Source of the DNA: a bacterium
GTDB lineage: Bacteria > Gemmatimonadota > Gemmatimonadetes > Longimicrobiales > RSA9
Assembly (NCBI GenBank): GCA_003242735.2
Contig: QGVH02000005.1
Coordinates: forward strand, 17,055-81,054
DNA length: 64,000 nt
Direction of reading: 5' to 3'
In this document: one piece after another, positions 56,298 to 64,000 of the stretch
How positions within the stretch are numbered: position 1 is the first letter of the stretch
Layout of the letters: each line of letters starts with the position of its first letter
Program-made: the position numbers and the translations under genes
The notes under the pieces: generated by a model
What the model was told of the DNA's origin: nothing
Seen by the model: only the letters and a program-made list of their open reading frames with translations
Database searches by the model: none

Positions 56298-56945
56298 ATG
56301 ACCACCGTCCTCTTCGACCTGGATGGCACGCTCGTCGCCACGCGGCGGCTGTATCTCGAGTGCTACCGACGCGCGCTGGCGCCGCACGTCGGCCGCGCGC
56401 TCAGCGACGAAGAGATCCTCGCCTACAAGCCGCGCTCCGAGATCCGGCTGATCCAGGCGATCGCCGGCGAGGATGCCGTCGCCGCCTGCCTCGCCGCGTT
56501 CTACCGCCACTACGAGGCGCTGCACGACGAGCTCTTCCAGGGGATCTATCCCGGCATCCCCGAGCTGCTCGCGTCGCTCCGCCAGCGCCGGACGCCCATC
56601 GGCGTCGTCACCGGCAAGAGCCGCCGTTCCTGGGAGATCACCACCGCCCGCGCCCATCTCGGCCCCTTCGACGTCGTCATCCTCGACGACGACGTTTCCG
56701 CTCCCAAGCCCGACCCCGAGGGCATCCTCCTCGCCCTGTCTCGGCTCCGCGCCGATCCCGCCGCCACGCTCTACGTCGGCGACAGCATCAGCGACGTGAT
56801 CGCCGCCCGCGCCGCCGGCGTCCGCCCGGCCGCGGTCCTCTGGTCCAAGCGCGAATCCGAGCGGGAGAGCTTCGCCGCGCGGGCCCGCGCCGAGGGCGCC
56901 CTCCTCCTCCATGAGCCGGACGACCTCATCGCCGCGCTGGGCTGA
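56298..56945 (+). CDS. HAD-superfamily phosphatase (phosphoglycolate phosphatase-like)
   Basis: Motif I LFDLDGTLV, motif II VVTGKS, motif III/IV K...YVGDSISDV. Internal ATG of ORF 56121..56945. Confidence 0.88.
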   Translation: MTTVLFDLDGTLVATRRLYLECYRRALAPHVGRALSDEEILAYKPRSEIRLIQAIAGEDAVAACLAAFYRHYEALHDELFQGIYPGIPELLASLRQRRTPIGVVTGKSRRSWEITTARAHLGPFDVVILDDDVSAPKPDPEGILLALSRLRADPAATLYVGDSISDVIAARAAGVRPAAVLWSKRESERESFAARARAEGALLLHEPDDLIAALG

Positions 56946-57478
56946 GGCTCGCCCCGCGCGAGAGACGGCTCGGCGCGCCTCCCAACGGTGTTCGGCACCG
57001 CACCCGCCGTGGGGATTCGCGGCGGAACGGCACACTCGGGGTCGCCTGCACCTTTTTCGCGGAAACGCCCCACTTTTCGCGGACCCCGGCCACCCCCGCC
57101 CGATCCGGGTGTGAACCGCTTGGTGCTCGATGCTCAATGACTTAGCGGCCGTGGCGCTCCACTGGTTCGGCTCTTGCCCAGCCAGAGCGCCGGTTCTCCG
57201 AGCCACGCCCCATCGGCTCCCGTTGCCCCGTCGCCACAACCGATCGGGCCGGCGTCCGCGCCCGGGCTGGACCCTTCCTTCCTTCGCAGCCCAGCGACGC
57301 CTCGCAACCCAGTTCGCGGCGCGGCGCCGGCCCTTTTCGCCTGGCCGACGGGTGCCCACGGCCGGCCCGACTCGCCCGGTCACGCCCTGCCCAACGTCCA
57401 CCGCGAACCCTTCGCCCGCCGCGTGGTAGCAGGCATGAGCCACGAGTCGAATCCCTTGCCGCCACGGAGGAGCCACCT

Positions 57479-59482
57479 GTGACGGTCAGACTCTGCGTTC
57501 TCGCGCTCTCCCTACCCGTCATCGCCGCCTGCTCGGCAGGCCGCACGGCCGTCGAACCGCCGCCGCGCCCGACGCCCGTGCCCGTCACGGCGGACCCGTC
57601 GCTCACCGAACCGCCGGCGAGGCCGCTCCCCTACCCGGTCTTCGAAACGGTTGCGTTCCGGCGCGCAGTGGAGAACGGCACCCGCACGCGTTCGGGGCGG
57701 CCCGGGCCGGAGTACTGGCAGCAGTACGCCGAGTACCGCATCGAGGCCGAGCTGGACCCCACGACCGCGCGGCTCACGGGCCGGAGCACCGTCCGTTACC
57801 ACAACCGCTCGCCCAACCCGCTGCCCCGGCTCGCCGTGCACCTGTACCAGAACGCCCACCGGCCGGACGCCATGCGCAACCGCGTCGTCCCCGTCACCGA
57901 GGGCGTCCGGCTCCACCGCGTCGCCGCCAACGGCCGCGTCCTGGAGATGCGCCCGACGGGCCAGGCGCCCGGCTACCAGGTGGACGGGACCGTCCTCTAC
58001 ATCGCGCTGCCCGAGCCCGTCCCCGCAGGCGGACAGGTGGACCTCGAGTTCGCCTGGTCGTTCACCGTCCCGCCCCTCGGCGCGCCGCGGATGGGCCAGG
58101 ACGGCGAGGTGTTCTTCCTGGGCTACTGGTATCCGCAGCTCGCCGTCTACGACGACGTCAACGGCTGGCACACCGACCCGTACCTCACCAACGCCGAGTT
58201 CTACATGGGGTACGCCGACTACGACGTCTCCCTCACCGTGCCCGAGGGCTGGCTCGTCGCGGCGACCGGCACGCTCCAGAACCCGGAGCAGGTCCTCTCC
58301 GCCACCGTGCTCGAGCGGCTCGACCGCGCACGCCGCTCGGCCGAGGTCGTCCGCGTCGTGACGCCGGAGGAACGCGGCGCTGGACGCGCCACGCTGCGCG
58401 GGAGGAACGGCAAGCTGACCTGGCACTTCCGCGCGCGGAACGTGCGCGACTTCGCGTGGGGCGCATCGCGCGCGTACGTGTGGGACGCAACGCACGCCGT
58501 CGTCGGCGACCACGATTCCGATGGCCGCCCGGATACCACCATGATCCACACGCTGTACCGGCCGGAACGGGGGTGGACCGAATGGGCCCGCTACGCGCGC
58601 CACTCCGTCGAGTTCCTGTCGGAGCTGCTGTGGCCCTATCCCTGGCCCCACATGACCGCGGTCGAGGGGCTGATCGGCGGCGGCATGGAGTACCCGATGA
58701 TCACGCTGATCGGCGGCGCGCAGGACTCCATCGCGCTCTACTCCGTGACCGTCCACGAGATCGGCCACATGTGGTTCCCCATGATGGTCGGCTCGGACGA
58801 GAAGCGCTTCGCCTGGCAGGATGAAGGCCTCACGCGCTTCCATCAGTCCCTCGCCATGGCGGATTTCTTCAAGGGCTACGACCGGTTCGCCCAGGCCATG
58901 GACCGGTACGCCGCCACCGTCCGCAACGGCCTCGAGGTCGAGCTGATGCGTCACGGCGACCTGTATCCCATCGGCAGCCCCGCCTTCGTCATCGCGAGCT
59001 ACGAGAAGCCCTCCCTCGTGCTGCGCGCGCTGGCCGGCGTGCTGGGCGAGGAGACGTTCTTCCGGGCGCTCCGAGAGTACGGCCGCCGGTGGCGGGATCG
59101 GCACCCCACGCCCTTCGACTTCTTCAACACCTTCGAGGACGTGGCCGGCCGCGATCTGGACTGGTTCTGGACGCCGTGGTTCTACGAGACCTGGACGCTC
59201 GACCACGCCCTCGGCCCCATCACCCCCGCCGGCGGCGCGCTCGAGGTCGTCATCGAGGACCGGGGCCTGGCCCCCATGCCCGCCCGCGTGGTGGTGACCC
59301 GCGCGGACGGCTCCACCGAGCGCCATGAGGTGCCCGTCGAGGTCTGGCTCCGGGGCGCACGCCGCCACGTGCTGCGCATCCCGGCGGAACCCGCCGTCAC
59401 CCGGATCGAGATCGACCCGGAACGCTGGTTCCCCGACATCGACCGTTCCAACCAGGTCTGGGTGGCGACGACGGGCGGTTAA
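57479..59482 (+). CDS. M1-family zinc metallopeptidase lipoprotein
   Basis: GTG start after GGAGGAG. Lipobox VIAAC. HEIGHMWF plus the downstream WQDEGLT. Confidence 0.9.
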   Translation: MTVRLCVLALSLPVIAACSAGRTAVEPPPRPTPVPVTADPSLTEPPARPLPYPVFETVAFRRAVENGTRTRSGRPGPEYWQQYAEYRIEAELDPTTARLTGRSTVRYHNRSPNPLPRLAVHLYQNAHRPDAMRNRVVPVTEGVRLHRVAANGRVLEMRPTGQAPGYQVDGTVLYIALPEPVPAGGQVDLEFAWSFTVPPLGAPRMGQDGEVFFLGYWYPQLAVYDDVNGWHTDPYLTNAEFYMGYADYDVSLTVPEGWLVAATGTLQNPEQVLSATVLERLDRARRSAEVVRVVTPEERGAGRATLRGRNGKLTWHFRARNVRDFAWGASRAYVWDATHAVVGDHDSDGRPDTTMIHTLYRPERGWTEWARYARHSVEFLSELLWPYPWPHMTAVEGLIGGGMEYPMITLIGGAQDSIALYSVTVHEIGHMWFPMMVGSDEKRFAWQDEGLTRFHQSLAMADFFKGYDRFAQAMDRYAATVRNGLEVELMRHGDLYPIGSPAFVIASYEKPSLVLRALAGVLGEETFFRALREYGRRWRDRHPTPFDFFNTFEDVAGRDLDWFWTPWFYETWTLDHALGPITPAGGALEVVIEDRGLAPMPARVVVTRADGSTERHEVPVEVWLRGARRHVLRIPAEPAVTRIEIDPERWFPDIDRSNQVWVATTGG

Positions 59483-59584
59483 GCCCCTCGGCCGCGCTCG
59501 CTCCCGGCCCCCGGCCGGGCACGTTGCCATGCCCGCCGCTGCACCATGAAAGCCGCCCAGGCCTGAGCGGACGCCCCATGGCGG

Positions 59585-59650
59585 AAAAACGCGGAGCCTC
59601 CCGGAGGGGCGATACGCCCCACCACGGGAGGCTCCGCGTTCGCGGACGGG
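59585..59650 (-). terminator. intrinsic terminator of the Ig-like lipoprotein gene
   Basis: Minus strand reads AACGCGGAGCCTCCCG-(loop)-CGGGAGGCTCCGCGTT running into TTTTT. Confidence 0.7.
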
Positions 59651-59683
59651 CCGCCATCAGACGACCCGCCCGCCAGGAGTTCC

Positions 59684-62530
59684 TTACCGAACCACGTCGA
59701 TCGACTTGGGCTGCGCCGCCAGGGCGTCGCCGTCCCTCGTGATCGCCACCGCGAAGACGCCCATGCCCGTCTGCTCGCCGAGGCCCGCTCCGTTCAGCGT
59801 GATCCGGTACGTGTACGTCCGGTTCGGCCCGCTCTCGTTCATATCGGCCGACGTGGCCTCGCCGATGAACTCGTAGGTCTGCGCGATCAGGTCCACCACG
59901 CGGAAGAACCACACCCGCGCGTACGGGTTCGTGAAACTGCTGCTGGACGGACCCGTCACGATCGCCGAAATCGTCGTGCTCTCCGGCGTGGTGCCACAGT
60001 CGCCGTCGATCTCGATGTCGCAGATGATCGGATCCGAGACCTCGACGTGGAACGTCTGGAGATCCGGAGCATAGCTGGACACGTCCTCGCCAGCCGGCAC
60101 CGTGCCGGCCGCGAAGGGGACGGTCGCAGACCTGACCCGGTTGCCGGCAACATCGCGCGCACGGAAGCCGACGGCCGTCGACGCAGAGCTGGCAGGCACA
60201 GGCGCGTCCGACCTCAGGTCCGTCACCTGGATCGAGCGGATGAAGCTCGACACCTCATAGGTCTCGTTCCTGACCTCGGTGACGAGATCGCCCCCAAAGC
60301 CATCACCCACGACCTTCCACGGGCCCATCGGCAGCATGAAACCGCCGGCAAACTCGAAAACAACATCGAACGCTCCCAGATCGACGTTGTCCGAGATGCT
60401 CCCGATGCCAAACACCGCCGGCTCGCCACCCGTCAGCGTCGTCGGGAACACCACGGAACCGTTGATCGTCGGCGCCGTCGCGTCCACTAGGATCGTCCGC
60501 TCCTCCGGAGCCGTCGTGTTGCCTGCCCGGTCACGGAGCGAGTAGCTCATCGTGAAGTAGCCCTCACCAGCGCTGGCGGGCAGCTCCACCCTGTCGCCCA
60601 CGACGAGCGGGACGCACGCGCCGCCGGCAAAGCCGCCGACCACGCAGTTCCCCGGGCCGGGCTCGAAGTTCCGCAGCAGCGTCGCAAGCCCCCGGTCGTT
60701 CGCGCTGAAGCCGCTCAGCGCGTCCGTGAACGTCGCGAAGGACCACGTCCGATCCGCAACCGTCGTGAAGATCGCGCCGTCCGCCGGACCCGTCGGCTCC
60801 CCGAGCGTCGGCTTGCCGTGGTCGACGCCCAAGGGCCCGACCTCCGCGATCGTCTCGTTGCCGAGCCGGTCCGCGACGACCGCGATCACCTTGACCTCGG
60901 TGTTCGTCTGCGTCTCCGGGATGTCCGCGCCCTTCTCGACGACTCGGCCCGCCGCCTTGATCTGGGCGGCCGTCTGGGACGCCTCGCCCCAGTAGAACAC
61001 CGGATCCCCGTCGACGCCGACACCAGTGTCGCTCACGCCCGTCCAGCCAGCGGCGAACTCGTAGGCCGCGCCGACCCAGCCGCCCATGCAGCACAGGTTC
61101 TCTAGCGCATTGCCCGCGGTCGTCGCCGCCGTCAGCGCGAAGTTCGCAACCGGTGGCTCGTTGTCGAGCCGCAGCTCGAAGTCGTCGGCCGGATCGTCAA
61201 TGACCGTCTCGCCGTCGAGCTGCCACGCGCGAACCGCGGTCGGCGCGTTCTGGCCACCCTCGTAGACGGCCGAGAGAACCGCAGTGACAGCGTCCACCTC
61301 ACCGCGGTGCTCGCCCGGAATGTCCGCAGTCGCCGAGTACGTCGCACTGAAGCCGCCGTCCCCGTCCGCCGCACCGGCCTTGTTGACGCCGAAGAAGCGG
61401 AACGTCACCCCGCTCACCTTCCGGCCAGAGTACGGCACCGGCCAGCCCGTCACCACCACATCGCCACCATACCACGCAGCGCCGTCGTCATCCGCCACCG
61501 GGCCCTTCGCCGGCTCGACGTTCAGCACCCACGCGTCCGCGTTGTTGAACGTCACCGTCTGGTCCGCCTGCGCGTTCACCACGTCTGCACTCGTGACCAG
61601 CCGGGCCACGAGAGTGTACTGACCGTTGGGGAAGCGAACCTGGACACCGCCGTCCCCCACCCCGTACGCATCCGTCAGCAGCGGGCAGACGATCTGGGCC
61701 AACGCATCGGCCTCCTCACCCGCATCGGCCCCGGTACCACCGATCGACTGCGAGCAGACGACATCCTCGTTGCCATCCCCATTCCGGACCGCCACCTCGA
61801 CACGCGAGATCCCGCTCCCCTGCGGGGCCGTGAACTCCACCGTCACACCGACCTGCCCCGACAGATTGTTCGGGTTGGCCTGCGTGCCATCCGGCAACGT
61901 GATCGACTTGATCACGATCTCACCCGTGATCCTGACCACGTTCACCACGGCCACACCAACCGCCTGCGGATCCGCCTCCGACGCCGCACGAATCAGCGTC
62001 GTACCCTCCGCAACACCCGTCACCAGACCCGTGTTGCTCACCGTGGCCACAGACTCATCATCCGACGACCACGTCACGTTCTGGTTCGTCGTCCCGGACA
62101 CCTGCGCCACGAGCTGACGCGTCGCACCGACCGGCACCGCGACCTCGCCCGGCACAACCGTCACCTCGATCGTCGACGCAGGCTCCTCGACCACCACGAT
62201 CGTCGCCGCACCCTGCGCCGTCGTATCCACCACCGACTTCGCGATGATCACCGCCGTGCCCGCGCCCACCGCCGTCACGACACCCGACGACCGGTCCACC
62301 GTCGCGACGCTCGGCGCGTTCGACTCCCACGTGACGGTCCGGTTCTCCGTGCCCGACACCGACGCATGCAGCGTCACCTGCTCGCCCACCTTCATCGTGT
62401 GGAGCGAGGGCATCACCGTCACCCGAACCTCAGGCGGCAGCACGACCTCGTCCTCATCGCACGCCGCCAGCGCGAGGGTCAGCGCGGCCGCAACCGCGAG
62501 CCCCCGTACCGCGAACCTCGTTGGTCTCAT
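59684..62530 (-). CDS. large surface lipoprotein (948 aa) with two N-terminal Big_2 (bacterial Ig-like) domains
   Basis: Start MRPTRFAV after GGAGG. Lipobox LALAAC. Two Big_2-type repeats (VGEQVTLHASVSGTENRTVTWESNAPSVATVD... and VGATRQLVAQVSGTTNQNVTWSSDDESVATVS...). The remainder is beta-rich and of unknown function. Confidence 0.85.
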   Translation of the reverse strand: MRPTRFAVRGLAVAAALTLALAACDEDEVVLPPEVRVTVMPSLHTMKVGEQVTLHASVSGTENRTVTWESNAPSVATVDRSSGVVTAVGAGTAVIIAKSVVDTTAQGAATIVVVEEPASTIEVTVVPGEVAVPVGATRQLVAQVSGTTNQNVTWSSDDESVATVSNTGLVTGVAEGTTLIRAASEADPQAVGVAVVNVVRITGEIVIKSITLPDGTQANPNNLSGQVGVTVEFTAPQGSGISRVEVAVRNGDGNEDVVCSQSIGGTGADAGEEADALAQIVCPLLTDAYGVGDGGVQVRFPNGQYTLVARLVTSADVVNAQADQTVTFNNADAWVLNVEPAKGPVADDDGAAWYGGDVVVTGWPVPYSGRKVSGVTFRFFGVNKAGAADGDGGFSATYSATADIPGEHRGEVDAVTAVLSAVYEGGQNAPTAVRAWQLDGETVIDDPADDFELRLDNEPPVANFALTAATTAGNALENLCCMGGWVGAAYEFAAGWTGVSDTGVGVDGDPVFYWGEASQTAAQIKAAGRVVEKGADIPETQTNTEVKVIAVVADRLGNETIAEVGPLGVDHGKPTLGEPTGPADGAIFTTVADRTWSFATFTDALSGFSANDRGLATLLRNFEPGPGNCVVGGFAGGACVPLVVGDRVELPASAGEGYFTMSYSLRDRAGNTTAPEERTILVDATAPTINGSVVFPTTLTGGEPAVFGIGSISDNVDLGAFDVVFEFAGGFMLPMGPWKVVGDGFGGDLVTEVRNETYEVSSFIRSIQVTDLRSDAPVPASSASTAVGFRARDVAGNRVRSATVPFAAGTVPAGEDVSSYAPDLQTFHVEVSDPIICDIEIDGDCGTTPESTTISAIVTGPSSSSFTNPYARVWFFRVVDLIAQTYEFIGEATSADMNESGPNRTYTYRITLNGAGLGEQTGMGVFAVAITRDGDALAAQPKSIDVVR

Positions 62531-62644
62531 CACGGCCTCCGAAAAAACGTTTGCTCTCTCGAACCGGCCTCCACTCTCTCCCTTCGCGGCGCCGGCCGGC
62601 ACGCTCCGCGGCTGCGGCGATCGCTCCGCTCGGCCGAGGATACG

Positions 62645-62902
62645 GCGGAGCCTAATGGAGGGGTGATACGACCCACCGCGGGAGGCTCCGCGTTCGCGGA
62701 CGGGCCGCCACCAGACGAGCCGTCCGCCAGGAGTTCCTTACCGAACCACGTCGATCGACTTGGGCTGCGCCGCCAGGGCGTCGCCGTCCCTCGTGATCGC
62801 CGCCACGACCTCGCCCGGCACAACCGTCACCTCGATCGTCGACGCAGGCTCCTCGACCACCACGATCGTCGCCGCCCCTGCGCCGTCGCATCCACCAATG
62901 AC
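62645..62902 (-). pseudogene. mosaic remnant of the downstream Ig-like lipoprotein gene: copy of its last ~20 codons plus terminator hairpin, fused to a copy of an N-terminal inter-domain segment
   Basis: 62645-62801 aligns with 59591-59747, with about 9 mismatches, all in the non-coding hairpin part. 62807-62900 aligns with 62141-62236 (first 69 nt identical, then a 1-nt deletion). The frame opens after a TGA and has no ATG. Confidence 0.75.
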
Positions 62903-63341
62903 GCGGTGTCATTACACTTGAGATGAGGCGCCTCGGCGCCCCGCTCGTGCGAGGGTCGGTGGGGTGTCGGTGACCCGACCACTGGGATCCGGCTCGCCCC
63001 GAGGTCTCACGGATGCCCCGGGATGGGCGGGGAAGCCATTCTACCTACGCGACATCAAGCGCGGCTGCCACGTGTCTTGATTCCACGCACGTTGCGCGGT
63101 CGGGCCCGGCGGCCAGGTGCCGCACCCGCCCCCGCAGTGCGTGGCGGCGCCGCGGCTTGGCAAGTTCCATGCCCAGGCCACGCTCAACACCCCCTGCGCC
63201 GCGGCCCACCACGCCCCCCGGCCAGCCTCGCCGCCCGGAACACGGCAGCCCGCCCGTCGGAACCGTGTTCCGCAACGCGTCCGGACGGGCTGCGAGACAG
63301 GCCCATCCCAGGGCCGGTTGTCCGTATTTCGTTCTGTTACT

Positions 63342-63369
63342 CGTTGGATAACGGTCAACACGTCCAACG
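63342..63369. repeat. 7-bp inverted repeat CGTTGGA-(14 nt)-TCCAACG in an AT-richer patch
   Basis: Read from the sequence. Lies about 50 nt upstream of the start of the last gene. Confidence 0.4.
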
Positions 63370-63418
63370 ACGCTCGGCCCGGCCGCGCGCCGGGACCGGC
63401 ACGATCCCGGGAGACGCC

Positions 63419-64000
63419 ATGCACACCACGCTTCGAGCCCTGCTCCTCGCCTGGGCGCTCGGCCTCGCGGCCGCGCCGGCGAGCACCCGGGCCCAGTCCG
63501 TGCTGGACCGCACGCCGAACCTGGGGGGCGCTTGGGTCGGCCGCGCGGGCACCCTGCAGTTCAACTTCCTGCATCGGTTCAACGTCAGTGATCCGCCGCT
63601 GCGGAAGGTGACGGCCACGCCCACCTTCCTCCTCGGCGCAGGGTTGCCGGGCCACACCATGTTCGCGGCGCAGTACGCGTCCAACTCCCTGGTGGCGGGC
63701 TCAGACGTGCCCAACGAGCTGGAGCTCGCGGCCCGGTGGCTGGCGCTCCGCCAAGAGGCGGGCGCACCGCTGGACCTGGGCGTGCAGGCGGCGTACAACA
63801 CCGCGGCGGCGAGCCCGGACGCAGAGGTCGCGCTGGCGCGGTCGTTCGGCACCGTGCGGCTGCTGGCGGCGGCCCGCGTGCTCGGCCGCGGCTACGACCG
63901 GGACACGGTGCGCTACGCGCTGGGCGGCGGCGCCGTGGTGCGGCTGGGTCGGCACGTGGCGCTGGCCGGCGACGCCGTCACGCTGCTGGATCGCGGTGCG
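63419..64000 (+). CDS. hypothetical secreted (possibly outer-membrane) protein, 5' partial view (runs off the window)
   Basis: Not in the ORF track because no stop is reached. ATG 63419, signal peptide MHTTLRALLLAWALGLAAAPASTRA|QS, open frame to 64000 with a strong G/C third-position bias. Confidence 0.7.
   Translation, partial: MHTTLRALLLAWALGLAAAPASTRAQSVLDRTPNLGGAWVGRAGTLQFNFLHRFNVSDPPLRKVTATPTFLLGAGLPGHTMFAAQYASNSLVAGSDVPNELELAARWLALRQEAGAPLDLGVQAAYNTAAASPDAEVALARSFGTVRLLAAARVLGRGYDRDTVRYALGGGAVVRLGRHVALAGDAVTLLDRGA

Noticed and set aside
57444-57465. A tRNA T-arm-like string AGTCGAATCCCTTGCCGCCA.
   Set aside because: The flanking sequence cannot form a T stem or an acceptor stem, and no D or anticodon arm can be drawn. 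I found no convincing tRNA anywhere in the window.

Overview
Very GC-rich (roughly 70% by eye) chromosomal segment from a diderm bacterium, judged from a TonB-dependent receptor, an Omp85-type barrel and many lipoprotein or Sec signal peptides. The gene content is reminiscent of Gemmatimonadota-like lineages, but I cannot verify that here. I can support about 60 protein-coding genes. Most ORFs in the six-frame track are Arg/Pro/Gly-rich shadow frames of real genes, so I called genes from recognisable motifs, signal peptides, Shine-Dalgarno (SD) sequences (GGAGG-like) and stop/start overlaps. The content is mostly housekeeping and envelope functions. These include a sigma-54 activator, an aspartase fused to a cNMP-like domain, a GAF histidine kinase, HU, an alanine:cation symporter, an aspartate aminotransferase, PBP1A and a PaaABC(D)-type diiron oxygenase. 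Also present are a cold-shock protein, a patatin/Omp85 protein with YdbS/YdbT partners, a MacAB-like exporter, HtrA, a glutaminyl cyclase, a dipeptidase, a TonB receptor, MntR, an M1 peptidase and a 948-aa Ig-like lipoprotein. I found no rRNA, tRNA, CRISPR array, transposase or integrase. Six things are worth a second look. (1) A duplicated module at 1.6-4.7 kb sits next to a sensor-less sigma-54 activator: a conserved non-coding leader, a small Cys-bracketed secreted protein, a GC hairpin and an envelope partner gene. (2) An 850-nt gene-free gap contains a near-consensus sigma-54 promoter and an intrinsic terminator about 170 nt downstream, which makes a candidate sRNA. (3) A mosaic, start-less remnant of the big Ig-like lipoprotein gene lies just upstream of that gene, with stretches of perfect identity. 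(4) A DbpA-type DEAD-box protein has lost all its catalytic motifs. (5) PaaD is split into two genes and no PaaE is present. (6) A thioredoxin/DsbD-N gene has no stop codon for 490 nt and runs antisense into mntR, which a single C in a C5 run would fix. All functional calls come from motif recognition by eye. No database search was run.
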